A stretch of 64,000 bases of DNA, taken from contig CAMJHF010000007.1 of assembly GCA_946405435.1 (NCBI GenBank), positions 20,473 through 84,472 of the forward strand, given 5' to 3'. The notes beneath the pieces were generated by a model. It saw nothing but the letters and a program-made list of their open reading frames with translations. It was not told the DNA's origin and made no database searches. The position numbers and the translations under genes are program-made. Source of the stretch: an uncultured Bacteroidales bacterium (GTDB taxonomy: Bacteria; Bacteroidota; Bacteroidia; Bacteroidales; UBA932). The stretch's first letter is position 1. Each line of letters opens with the position of its first letter. Below, in pieces: positions 28,323 through 37,397 of the stretch.

Positions 28323-29611
28323 AAAAGCTCAGAAACCCTGGCGATTATCTCTTCGGCAGGGAGGTCGGGGCTCAGCACGATATCCGGCTCTTTGAGTATA
28401 TAGCCCTGGCTGAATGCCGCCAGGGTGCCGCCGCCCGTACAGTTGAGCATGATGTATTCGTCTTTGTCGACGATGCGCTTCTCGACCGCCTGAGCGAGCG
28501 AGGACACGGCGACGCAGGCTGCCGGCAGGAGGTCGTAGCCTTCGAGGTTGCGGAATTGCAGGAGCCAGTACATGATGTCGTCATTGGACGCCAGGAAAAC
28601 GTCTCCGCCGCTCTTTTCCAGCACATCGAACAAACCGCCGGCCAGCCCGTAAGGAGGTTTGCGGTTGGAAAGGACCTTGGCCAGTATCACCTCTGCCTGG
28701 CGGCGGCCAGATTCGGGGCTTATGGGTGCCAGTTCCCTTGAGCCGGCCTTCCATGAATCGTACAGGAGGGTGAAAGGGGTGTTCTGGGCCACGTAGACGC
28801 GCATGTGGTTCTCGCCGAAGCGGCCGTCGGCGGCGAGACGCTGGGCATTTTCCCATGCGGCAATCGCTCCGGTTCCAGAACCTACGGCCTGGAAATACGC
28901 GTCGGGAATGCGTCCCGCTATCTCGATATAGCTCAGAATGGTCGTCCCCATGCCGTCCCTTCGGGCTATGTTCTTGGCTCCTCCCTCGAGGAAGAACTGA
29001 GGGTTCTGCGCAAGTTTCTCGCCCAGGGTGATGGCGTCATAGTAATCGCAGCCATGAGGGGCGGCGATTATCTTGACGCAGCGGCTCAGCTTGTGGCGGA
29101 ACCACAGGTCATGCTTGTTGTCCTCGGGGATGCAGATGACCACGGGAATGTCGTTGTCGGAGCAGACCTGCGCGAATGCCCTGGCCGTGTTGCCGGCAGA
29201 CTGGACGATGAGCGTACGCTTCTCCTTCTTGTCCATGCGGGCGCAGACCGAGTATGCTTCTGTCTCTTTGAACGAGCAGGTGCGCATTTTGGCTCCGATC
29301 TTAGGGTTCCAGCCCGAAAATGTAATATACAAGTTATTGAGTCCAAGGAACTTTGCAAGGTTTTTCGACTTGTATGTCACCGGTGCGCTGGAATTCTTGA
29401 GCGTGCGTTTCACAGGCATCCACTCAGCGTATCTGTATATTCCTTTGAGGTCGCTGCGGGGCGTGAACATTGTATTCTCATAGACTGCACGGACCAGGGA
29501 AGGGGAGTCGCAGTCAGGGTCGGCCAGCGTCCAGCCGGCATCGTCGAATATCCTTCCGGTCTTTACGTTCTCAAGTCTGTAGACGGTGGGTTTGAACTTC
29601 AGTAGCTGCAT
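28319..29611 (-). CDS. Cysteate synthase (PLP-dependent, threonine-synthase fold, Methanosarcina/Alistipes type)
   Basis: TCSFKETEA (PLP Lys), SAGNTARAF, EGGAKNIARRDG, YFQAVGSGTGAIAAWE, VLSNRKPPY and LNCTGGG motifs. Confidence 0.85.
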   Translation of the reverse strand: MQLLKFKPTVYRLENVKTGRIFDDAGWTLADPDCDSPSLVRAVYENTMFTPRSDLKGIYRYAEWMPVKRTLKNSSAPVTYKSKNLAKFLGLNNLYITFSGWNPKIGAKMRTCSFKETEAYSVCARMDKKEKRTLIVQSAGNTARAFAQVCSDNDIPVVICIPEDNKHDLWFRHKLSRCVKIIAAPHGCDYYDAITLGEKLAQNPQFFLEGGAKNIARRDGMGTTILSYIEIAGRIPDAYFQAVGSGTGAIAAWENAQRLAADGRFGENHMRVYVAQNTPFTLLYDSWKAGSRELAPISPESGRRQAEVILAKVLSNRKPPYGLAGGLFDVLEKSGGDVFLASNDDIMYWLLQFRNLEGYDLLPAACVAVSSLAQAVEKRIVDKDEYIMLNCTGGGTLAAFSQGYILKEPDIVLSPDLPAEEIIARVSELF

Positions 29612-29612
29612 A

Positions 29613-30575
29613 TTACAAATTGATAAAAAGCCACACATAATAGGCCGCGAAGCACAAGACGAAGATAGCGCCCTCGTAGCGGTCTATCGTATTCTTCTTG
29701 AATGTATAGGAACTCAGCCACACCAGCACTATGCTGGCAAGCAGGGCGGCCATGTCCACGATGGATATTCCCTTCAGTGAAATAGGGGAGACGATGGCGG
29801 ATGCGCCCAGGATGAGCAATATGTTGAAAATGTTGGAACCGAGGATGTTGCCAAGTGCCAGCTGGCCTTTCTTGCGGACAGCTGCCACTATGCAGGCGGC
29901 AAGTTCCGGCAGGGAAGTGCCGCCGGCCAGAAGGGTGATTGCAATGAATTTGTCGCTGACTCCCAGGGCGCTGGCGATGCGGACTGCGGAATTGACGAAC
30001 CACCTTCCACCAAATATCAGTCCGGCAAGTCCTGCAAGGGTAAGCAGGATGGCAATGAAAGTCTTGATCTCCTTTTCCTGCTTGTCGTCCTGCTGGGACG
30101 ATCCGTCGTCATTCTTGAAACAGTAGAAGATGTAGACGGCGAAAAGTACAAGGAAGACAATGCCTTCCACCCTTGTGAGCATGTCCGCCTGGCCCAATCC
30201 GAACAGAGTATGGCTGAATCCGCACGCTATCAGGAGGATGGTTACCAGCAGTGTGACCGGAATGTCACGCAGACGGTTGCTGCGGGTTATGGCCACGGGG
30301 GCCACAAGGGCGGTGACGCCGAGTATCAGAAGGGTATTGAAAATATTGGATCCGATTACGTTTCCAATGGAAATATCAGAATTGCCGGCAAAAGCGCCGG
30401 TAAGGCTCACCACAAGTTCGGGGCAGGAAGTCCCGAAACCGACGATTGTAAGTCCAATGACAAATTCGCTTACCCGCAGTTTCCTGGCAATGGCGGAAGC
30501 TCCGTCCACCAGCCATTCGGCACCTGCGATGATAAGGGCAAGCCCCAGGATGAGTATGAGTATGTCAGTCAGCAT
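29613..30575 (-). CDS. Calcium/sodium antiporter (YrbG family)
   Basis: Two GTS.PEL alpha-repeats and two GN.IGSNIFN motifs. Confidence 0.92.
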   Translation of the reverse strand: MLTDILILILGLALIIAGAEWLVDGASAIARKLRVSEFVIGLTIVGFGTSCPELVVSLTGAFAGNSDISIGNVIGSNIFNTLLILGVTALVAPVAITRSNRLRDIPVTLLVTILLIACGFSHTLFGLGQADMLTRVEGIVFLVLFAVYIFYCFKNDDGSSQQDDKQEKEIKTFIAILLTLAGLAGLIFGGRWFVNSAVRIASALGVSDKFIAITLLAGGTSLPELAACIVAAVRKKGQLALGNILGSNIFNILLILGASAIVSPISLKGISIVDMAALLASIVLVWLSSYTFKKNTIDRYEGAIFVLCFAAYYVWLFINL

Positions 30576-31995
30576 TAAAATCAAGTTTACATATATTTTC
30601 TACGTGCATAGTATGAGGGAACATATCTACGGGTTGCACGGCAGTAACAGTATATTTCGCGGCCATCAGGGCTATGTCACGGGCCTGGGATGCGGGATTG
30701 CAGCTCACGTAGACTATGCGCTTGGGAGCGGCCCGAAGAATCGTCTGGACAACATCCGGATGCATGCCGGCGCGGGGAGGATCCACTATCATTACGTCGG
30801 GCCGGCCATGTTCCGAGATGAAAGAATCCGTGAGGATATCCTTCATGTCACCGGCAAAGAATTCACAGTTGCTTATGCCGTTTGCTGCAGCATTGGTGCG
30901 GGCGTCTTCTATGGCCTCCGGAACGTATTCTATTCCAATCACTTTCCTGGCCCCGGCGCTGACGAACTGCGCAATCGTGCCGGTTCCGGTGTACAAATCA
31001 TATACGATCTGGCTTCCGTCGAGCCCGGCGAATTCCCTGGCCTTGCGGTAAAGCTGGAGGGCCTGCCCGGTATTTGTCTGATAAAAAGACTTGGGACCTA
31101 TGCGGAAACGGAGGTTCTCCATCTTTTCGTAAATGGCGGGCTCGCCGCTGAACAAGATGCAGTCCTGGTCGGAAATACTGTCGTTGCCCTTGGTGTTTAT
31201 GACGTAGTAGAGCGACGTGATTTCAGGGAAAGTGTCGCGCAGATGTCCGAGAAGGGGATGAATGGCAGGGGAGTCGGAGCCGAAACACATGATCACCATG
31301 ACCTGGCCATCGTCCGTGGTGCGGACAAACATATTGCGGAAAAGACCGTTGTTTTCGCGTATGTTATAGAAACTCAGTCCGTTACGTATGAGATACTCCT
31401 TGACTGCAAGCCTTATGGCATTGGACGGTTCGGGCTGGAGGTAGCAGTGATCGATGTCCAGGACCTTGTCGAAAAACTTGCCTACGTGGAAGCCGAGCCC
31501 GGGGCTAGAACAAAGTTCAGGGTCTTCTCCCGGCAGCAGCCAGCGTTTGCTGGAAGCGCTGAATTCCAGCTTGTTACGGTACAAGACCGTCTTTTCTGAA
31601 CCTATAATCGGCTGAAATTCAGGCAGTTTCAGGTGGCCGATGCGAGTCAGCTGGTCGTATACCTGGCGCTGCTTTGCGCGAAGCTGGATGTCGTAGGGAA
31701 GCGATTGCCATTTGCAGCCTCCGCAGGTGCCGAAGTGGCTGCAGAAAGGGTCCAGACGGTGGGGAGAAGGCTTGTTGATGCGTATTATCTTGCCCTCGAG
31801 AAAACTGCTTTTCTTGCGTGTAAGGCGTACGTCGACTATGTCACCGGGAACAGCGAATTCTACGAACAGTACACGTCCCGGCGATTCAGGGTCGTCGCCT
31901 TCGAGGCGGGCGTGCGCTATTGATTTGCCTTCGGCTGCAATATCCTCGATCAGAACATCTTTGAGGACGATGTCCAGTTTACCTTTTCTGCTCAT
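30565..31995 (-). CDS. rlmD: 23S rRNA (uracil1939-C5)-methyltransferase
   Basis: TRAM domain, C.HFGTCGGC, SFYQTN, DLYTGTGTI, VDPPRAG, YVSCNP and DMFPHT. Promoter TATATTTG at 32002-32009. Confidence 0.95.
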   Translation of the reverse strand: MSRKGKLDIVLKDVLIEDIAAEGKSIAHARLEGDDPESPGRVLFVEFAVPGDIVDVRLTRKKSSFLEGKIIRINKPSPHRLDPFCSHFGTCGGCKWQSLPYDIQLRAKQRQVYDQLTRIGHLKLPEFQPIIGSEKTVLYRNKLEFSASSKRWLLPGEDPELCSSPGLGFHVGKFFDKVLDIDHCYLQPEPSNAIRLAVKEYLIRNGLSFYNIRENNGLFRNMFVRTTDDGQVMVIMCFGSDSPAIHPLLGHLRDTFPEITSLYYVINTKGNDSISDQDCILFSGEPAIYEKMENLRFRIGPKSFYQTNTGQALQLYRKAREFAGLDGSQIVYDLYTGTGTIAQFVSAGARKVIGIEYVPEAIEDARTNAAANGISNCEFFAGDMKDILTDSFISEHGRPDVMIVDPPRAGMHPDVVQTILRAAPKRIVYVSCNPASQARDIALMAAKYTVTAVQPVDMFPHTMHVENICKLDFNAD

Positions 31996-32137
31996 GGGAT
32001 GCAAATATAATAAAAAAATCTTTGCGCCATAGGGGGAGCTTTTTCTGTATTCTTTAGTTAACATAATATAAATTGTATAACAAAAGTACACATTTGCAAA
32101 AAATTGCTATATTTGCGCAAATAATATATAAAGGTAT

Positions 32138-33448
32138 ATGAAAAAAGTTATTGTTTCGGCAGTTCTGGCGGCCATGGCTCTGGCAACTGTTTCTGCCCAG
32201 GATTTTAAAACATCCTACTTCCTCGACAATTACGTCTACAGCTACAGGCTGAATCCCGGGGCCCAGTTGGAGGACGATTCCTTTACCTTCTTCTCCATCG
32301 GTCTGGGCAATACCTCAATGTCGACATCCACCAATCTCGCGCTGTCTTCCTTTATTTTCGCGACTCCCTCCGGCGACTACACCTGGGGCTTCGGCGAGGC
32401 CATTCCGGCAGAGACTTTCCTCAGCCAGATAGACGATGAGAATTATTTCAACCCCCGTCTGAGCGTGAATCTCCTGACTTTCGGCCGTCAGGGCGAGAAT
32501 TACCGTTTTGCCATCGAGGCCAACGTGCGTTCCGACAGTTATTTCTACGCCGCCAAGGATTTCTTCAGGGCGTTCAAAGGCGGCCTGAATGAGGGCCTGG
32601 CCACCAGCAAAGGTTCATATACCTTTGATAATATGCAGTTTAACTCTTCCAACTATGCCGAAATCGCAGCTACTTACTCCCACTCCATCGGCGACAATCT
32701 GGTGGTCGGAGGAACAGCCAAACTGCTTCTCGGCGTTCTTGGAACCACTTTCAATATCAACCACCTATACGCCCACGACCTTCCCAACGGCGACTGGGGC
32801 GGCGACTGCGACGCTGACATTCAGTTCTCCTCCCCCCTGCTTACAACTGCCTCCTTCGTGCAGGGCAAGAGTCTATACGATGTCCTGGAGGATGTACAAT
32901 ACGGCAAGGTCGGTATCAACGGTTTCGGCTTCGGTCTAGATCTTGGCGCCACCTGGAAACCCATCGACAATCTCGAAGTCGGTCTTTCCGTTCTCGACCT
33001 CGGATTCCTCAGCTGGAACCCGAATATCAAGGCAAAGATACAATACAAGGACAAGGATTTCGTCGATATCGAGGATGCCCTTGAGTTCAAGGATGTAGAA
33101 GAGGCCGGATATACCCAGGGTCTGAACTACAATATCCACCTGTTCGGCAAATACCGCATGCCCTTCTATGACAGGCTCAGCGCAGGTTTCGTCGGCACCT
33201 GGCAGAAGCACTTCAAAGAGGCCCGTCTGGGTGTGGACGTAACTCCCGTCAATGCCATAAGCATCGCTGCTTCAGCTGCTTACAATAGTTACGGATTGGA
33301 CTTCGGAGCTGCACTTAATATCCGCTTCCCCGGTATCAACCTCTTCCTTGGAGCCGATACCATCTCGTTCAAGCAGAATGCAGACAAGATTCCTTCCGGC
33401 CGTGGCGGTCAGACCAATGTCACAACAGGTCTTGTAATAGCTTTCTAA
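32138..33448 (+). CDS. DUF5723 family outer-membrane protein
   Basis: Signal peptide VSA-Q; SYFLDNY..YRLNP; GFGLDLGATW and SVLDLGF.SW; C-terminal Phe. Confidence 0.75.
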   Translation: MKKVIVSAVLAAMALATVSAQDFKTSYFLDNYVYSYRLNPGAQLEDDSFTFFSIGLGNTSMSTSTNLALSSFIFATPSGDYTWGFGEAIPAETFLSQIDDENYFNPRLSVNLLTFGRQGENYRFAIEANVRSDSYFYAAKDFFRAFKGGLNEGLATSKGSYTFDNMQFNSSNYAEIAATYSHSIGDNLVVGGTAKLLLGVLGTTFNINHLYAHDLPNGDWGGDCDADIQFSSPLLTTASFVQGKSLYDVLEDVQYGKVGINGFGFGLDLGATWKPIDNLEVGLSVLDLGFLSWNPNIKAKIQYKDKDFVDIEDALEFKDVEEAGYTQGLNYNIHLFGKYRMPFYDRLSAGFVGTWQKHFKEARLGVDVTPVNAISIAASAAYNSYGLDFGAALNIRFPGINLFLGADTISFKQNADKIPSGRGGQTNVTTGLVIAF

Positions 33449-34581
33449 TGGTTTTCTACGGGATTCCCGTAGATGTGCCAGAAAATATCCCGAAGGGCGT
33501 CTCTGTCGAGGCGCCTTTCGAGTTTTGACAGCTTGTGCTCTGTGTAGGCCTTGAAAGCCTCCAGGTCCTGGGGCAGATACTCGATGCCCAGGTATTTGGA
33601 TGTGCCGTTCATGAGGTCATAGCCCATGTAGTTGGTCTTCCAGAGCTTGTATCCGCTTTGGATGCGCTGGTCAAGTATGCCGCGAAGGCGCTGGTAGCGG
33701 TCGTTGCCGTTCAGGGATGCAGCCTCGGCAATCTCTTCCTTGGTGAGGGGCTTTCCGATATTGAGCTGGATATGTCCCTTCTTCTGGCGTATGCCTGTGA
33801 GAATGCTGTGAAGGTCTTCTTTGGGCTTCTTGACATATGGAGCTTCGCGGCTGAGAAGGATCTCCCGTGCCTTTCGGCTGTCGCACGGTTCGTATTCGTA
33901 GGAGATGCTCATGGGGACGATATTGAGTTCCTCGAAATTCTCCTCGAAACTCTTTTCTCCGCTCATATCGAACATCTTGAGGAGTCCCTGTTCGGTTTTG
34001 TCGATGCCGTTCTTGGACCTTCCCTCTTTCTGGGCCACCCATATGGAGGCCTTGCCCGAAGTGATGGAAAGCCGGATATATTTGGACAACGTCTGGGAAT
34101 TCAGGTACATCTGCCGGGCGCTTATTCCGCGGATGACTTTGATCATGCGGTTGGACTTCATGAGGTCCTCTATAAGCTTGTTGCTGATGAGGTTGCTGCC
34201 GACGCACAGTTCGGCGAAGGGCAGGCCGGAATCGAACATTGAATATAGAATAAGGGCCGGATCGAGAACGATGTCGCGATGGTTGGAGACAGCCAGGAAG
34301 CGCCCGTTTATGCCTCTCAGGTTGGATATTCCGCTGTAGGTGAAGCCCTCCGAGGTGCGCCCGAGCACTGCTGTGACTGCTCCGGCCATGACCACGGTCT
34401 GGAATTCATCTATGCTCTTGATGCTCCTTAGTGTATTCGCCAGGAAATCCGGGCGGGCATTAGGGAAAAGGTATTTGGAAATCATAGGGAGGGCCGGATG
34501 GCGCGATACCCTTTGGAGTGCCTGTACGGCTTCTTCGTCGCTGTAGGGACGGATATCTTCGAATTCTGATAAATCTACCAT
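33445..34581 (-). CDS. Glycerol-phosphate acyltransferase (PlsC family)
   Basis: FEDIRPY, SNHRDIVLD (HxxxxD), IWVAQKEGRSKNG and SISYEYEPCD motifs. Confidence 0.88.
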   Translation of the reverse strand: MVDLSEFEDIRPYSDEEAVQALQRVSRHPALPMISKYLFPNARPDFLANTLRSIKSIDEFQTVVMAGAVTAVLGRTSEGFTYSGISNLRGINGRFLAVSNHRDIVLDPALILYSMFDSGLPFAELCVGSNLISNKLIEDLMKSNRMIKVIRGISARQMYLNSQTLSKYIRLSITSGKASIWVAQKEGRSKNGIDKTEQGLLKMFDMSGEKSFEENFEELNIVPMSISYEYEPCDSRKAREILLSREAPYVKKPKEDLHSILTGIRQKKGHIQLNIGKPLTKEEIAEAASLNGNDRYQRLRGILDQRIQSGYKLWKTNYMGYDLMNGTSKYLGIEYLPQDLEAFKAYTEHKLSKLERRLDRDALRDIFWHIYGNPVENH

Positions 34582-34614
34582 AGCTTCAGTAGGATTGTGG
34601 TACAAAGGTAGGAA

Positions 34615-35817
34615 TTATCTTCTAAAGAGCAAAGACGAATCTCCGTAACTGAGGAAGCGGAAGTCATGTTTCAGCGCATAGTCGTACACAGTACGCCAAT
34701 CTCCGCCGACGAAGGCGCTGATCAGCAGCAAAAGTGTACTCTGCGGCTGGTGGAAATTGGTTACAAGCCTGTCGGTGAGGCGGAACTTGAATCCGGGGAC
34801 AATGATAATCCGCGTGCCTATCTTGAGCTCATCCAGGTTGTTGTCTTCCAAATACTTAATGAGGGCCTGCAGGGCATCTGCGGTGCTGTATTCCCATTCT
34901 CTTGTATATGGCTCCCACTGACCTACGTCCCGTGGCGCTCCGTTTTCGATGCAGCAGGCTCCGGCGTAATAAAGGCTTTCGAGCGTCCGGACCGAGGTGG
35001 TGCCTACGGCAGTGAGGCTGCAGTCCTTGCCGGCAAGGCGATCAAGGAGCTGCTTCTTTACTATAAACGGCTCCCGGTGCATGGGGTGGTCTGCGATTAG
35101 TTCGCTCTTTACGGGGAGGAAGGTTCCTGCGCCCACGTGGAGGCAGACCCGCTGCATTTCAACACCTTTACTGCTTAGGTCGGAGAGCGTCCGCTCGGTG
35201 AAATGCAATCCGGCCGTGGGCGCCGCCACGGAACCGCGTATGCGTGCATAGGTTGTCTGATAGCGCTCCTGGTCAATGCTTTCGGTGTCTCGGTTGAGAT
35301 ACGGAGGGATTGGAACCTTGCCGCAGAGTTCCAGTACCCCGGAAAACGGCATGCCGCCTTCCCATGTGAACTCCACTGTTCCAGTCTGTGCCTGGCGCTC
35401 CAGCAGGCGGGCCTGAAGGTTTATGGCTGTTATCTCCGGGACATCGCTGTCATATTTGAGCAGATCGTCCTTCCAACGCTTTGAATTGCCGATTACGCAC
35501 TGCCATGAGCATTTGCCGGTAGTGGCGAATGCCGTGTTGTATTCGGCGGGACTTTGCGGCTGCAGGCAGAAAATCTCTATGTGCGCTCCGCTTTCGCGAC
35601 GGAAAAAGAGCCGTGCCGGCACTACTTTGGTGTCATTGAACACCATCAGTGAAGATGAAGGAATGTATGAAGACAGATTGTGGAATATGTCTTCGCTGCA
35701 TTTGCCATCTTTGTAAATCAGCAATTTTGAAGAGTCGCGCTCACCCAGTGGGTATTTGGCGATTCTGCCATCAGGAAGGTTATAGTTGTAATCCTCTATT
35801 CTAATTTCAGGTATCAT
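34615..35817 (-). CDS. queA: S-adenosylmethionine:tRNA ribosyltransferase-isomerase
   Basis: VFNDTKV, PIPPYL, RYQT.YA...GSVAAPTAGLHF, TNFHQPQSTL and FLSYGD motifs. Confidence 0.97.
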   Translation of the reverse strand: MIPEIRIEDYNYNLPDGRIAKYPLGERDSSKLLIYKDGKCSEDIFHNLSSYIPSSSLMVFNDTKVVPARLFFRRESGAHIEIFCLQPQSPAEYNTAFATTGKCSWQCVIGNSKRWKDDLLKYDSDVPEITAINLQARLLERQAQTGTVEFTWEGGMPFSGVLELCGKVPIPPYLNRDTESIDQERYQTTYARIRGSVAAPTAGLHFTERTLSDLSSKGVEMQRVCLHVGAGTFLPVKSELIADHPMHREPFIVKKQLLDRLAGKDCSLTAVGTTSVRTLESLYYAGACCIENGAPRDVGQWEPYTREWEYSTADALQALIKYLEDNNLDELKIGTRIIIVPGFKFRLTDRLVTNFHQPQSTLLLLISAFVGGDWRTVYDYALKHDFRFLSYGDSSLLFRR

Positions 35818-36245
35818 TGCATTGTCGATTTGTAAAGTGCAAAATTAGTCATTATTTTTCGTTTTACGTTGTTTACATTTGTGAACCATAAACCGGTTTT
35901 CCGATGCGGTGCCAAATCATGCTTTTCGGGCAACATAAGAAAAAATTATAACGTAATATTATAGTTTGTTTGTTCATGAAGATCAGATATTTAACGTATT
36001 TTATCAATGTTTTTATTGAGGTTGCGAGGGGCAATGAAACGCCGCAACTCCCCTGTCGGTCGGTTAAAAAGTATGTTTTAAATTATATATATCATTGTTT
36101 ATCAGTAATATATATTCTTTTATATTAAGGTTAAATTTATATTAAGAAACGGCCATATACCCCTCTCCCCTGCTCTTATTTAGTGAATCATGGACTTGTG
36201 ATTACAAAAACAGTTTGTTACCTTTGTAAACAAATGTTAACGAAG
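35818..36245. other. AT-rich divergent intergenic region with an inverted GTTWACATTTGTNWAC motif pair and IHF-like sites; candidate replichore switch (oriC/ter) or XRE operator region
   Basis: Motifs at 35871-35886 and 36226-36241; WATCAR-like sites at 35981, 36002 and 36100; very AT-rich 36064-36149. Promoters at 35840-35847 (-) and 36219-36226 (+). Confidence 0.4.
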
Positions 36246-36560
36246 ATGAACAACCGGATATTGCAGTTCCTTGCGGCCGAGAATATCAGTCAGTCGCAGT
36301 TTGCCGACACCCTTGGCGTTGCCCGCGCCGGAGTCTCGCATATTATTTCCGGGCGCAACAAGCCCGGATTTGATTTCCTGGAGAAGATCGCACACAACTA
36401 CCCAGATTTGAGTCTGGAGTGGCTCGTCACCGGAAAAGGCAGAATGTACCGTCATTCCGAGCGGGATGAGATTCTTCCGTCTCTTCCTCCCCCTCCGCCC
36501 AGAACTATAGAAAAAGTCCTTGTGTTCTATTCGGACGGCACATTTTCCGAGCTCAAATAA
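36246..36560 (+). CDS. XRE-family helix-turn-helix transcriptional regulator
   Basis: SQSQFADTLGVARAGVSHIISGRNKP and LEWLVTGKG; C-terminal IEKVLVFYSDGTF typical of a conserved Bacteroidetes XRE protein. Confidence 0.9.
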   Translation: MNNRILQFLAAENISQSQFADTLGVARAGVSHIISGRNKPGFDFLEKIAHNYPDLSLEWLVTGKGRMYRHSERDEILPSLPPPPPRTIEKVLVFYSDGTFSELK

Positions 36561-36602
36561 TTGAGGGTAGGAGTAAAATTATTATATTTGTAGGTTAGAT
36601 AT

Positions 36603-37397
36603 ATGTACAGCTTGTTTATAAGGCCTATAACCAGGAGGGTGAAAGACAGCCGGAAAGCCTCCGCCATTGCCTTGGGGTATTTCAAACTCGAGGGCAAAAT
36701 ACCGGGCGGGCGCTTTTTCAGCCGTCTCATTCATGGCAATAGGCCACTGGGACTGGAACGCGAAGTCTTCGGCCTGAATTTCTACAATCCTGTGGGACTC
36801 GGAGCCGGACTCGACGTTCGCGGCGAGTTGTACAATGATCTTAACGACCTGGGATTCAGCTTTGTAGAGATCGGCCCCTTCACCGAAGTCCCCGACATTC
36901 GCCAGGCCATCTCCAATCTGAATTCGGACCCGCCGGATGACATTATTGCAGCCTGTATCGCGGATAATCACCTTTCCTGCTTTAACCTTGCATACGACTT
37001 CTGCGATTTCTTTGTCATAGATATCACCGGCAGGCACGACATGGAATTGTTCGACGGGATACTGGACGCCCGTCTGACATACGAGAATTACAAGCCGGTC
37101 GTTGCAAAACTGCCTGAAGATATCGCCACGGACGAGCTGGACTACGTGACGGAATACTGCATGATGAACAGCGTAGATGGTATCGAGGCACGTAACATCC
37201 AGCAGATTAAATACATAAACGAGAAGTCGAAAGGCCGTCTCCCGATTATCGCCAACTGTCACATCAAAACACCCCAGCAGGCTTCTGACGCACTTGATGC
37301 TGGAGCCTCGCTCATAGAGGTCAGGATGGGGCTGGTAAGGGAAGGCCCCAGGCTTATCGGCAAGATATTACGTTTCCTATCCGCCAAGAACAAATGA
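36603..37397 (+). CDS. Dihydroorotate dehydrogenase (class 2)-like protein with degenerate active site
   Basis: Retains REVFGLNFYNPVGLGAGLD, LGFSFVEIG, PVVAKL, LPIIA, AGASLI and EGP. Lacks the NRMG, N.SSPNT, TNTT and GGLSG motifs. Confidence 0.75.
   Translation: MYSLFIRPITRRVKDSRKASAIALGYFKLEGKIPGGRFFSRLIHGNRPLGLEREVFGLNFYNPVGLGAGLDVRGELYNDLNDLGFSFVEIGPFTEVPDIRQAISNLNSDPPDDIIAACIADNHLSCFNLAYDFCDFFVIDITGRHDMELFDGILDARLTYENYKPVVAKLPEDIATDELDYVTEYCMMNSVDGIEARNIQQIKYINEKSKGRLPIIANCHIKTPQQASDALDAGASLIEVRMGLVREGPRLIGKILRFLSAKNK

Noticed and set aside
28319-29611. Threonine synthase call, or coenzyme M biosynthesis
   Set aside because: The motifs fit the cysteate synthase clade, and no CoM pathway genes are in the window.
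30160-31599. 479-aa + strand ORF antisense to rlmD and the Ca/Na antiporter
   Set aside because: Shadow ORF of well-conserved genes, with no recognisable motifs. Long antisense frames are common here because of codon bias.
35929-35940. 12-mer GGCAACATAAGA shared with the MITE-like element (23969-23980)
   Set aside because: A single 12-nt match is expected by chance in 64 kb, and the flanks do not align.
35941-35969. dif-like sequence AAAAATTATAA-CGTAATA-TTATAGTTTGT
   Set aside because: The spacer is 7 nt rather than 6, and the right arm matches the XerD consensus TTATGTTAAAT poorly, so it is not called as dif.
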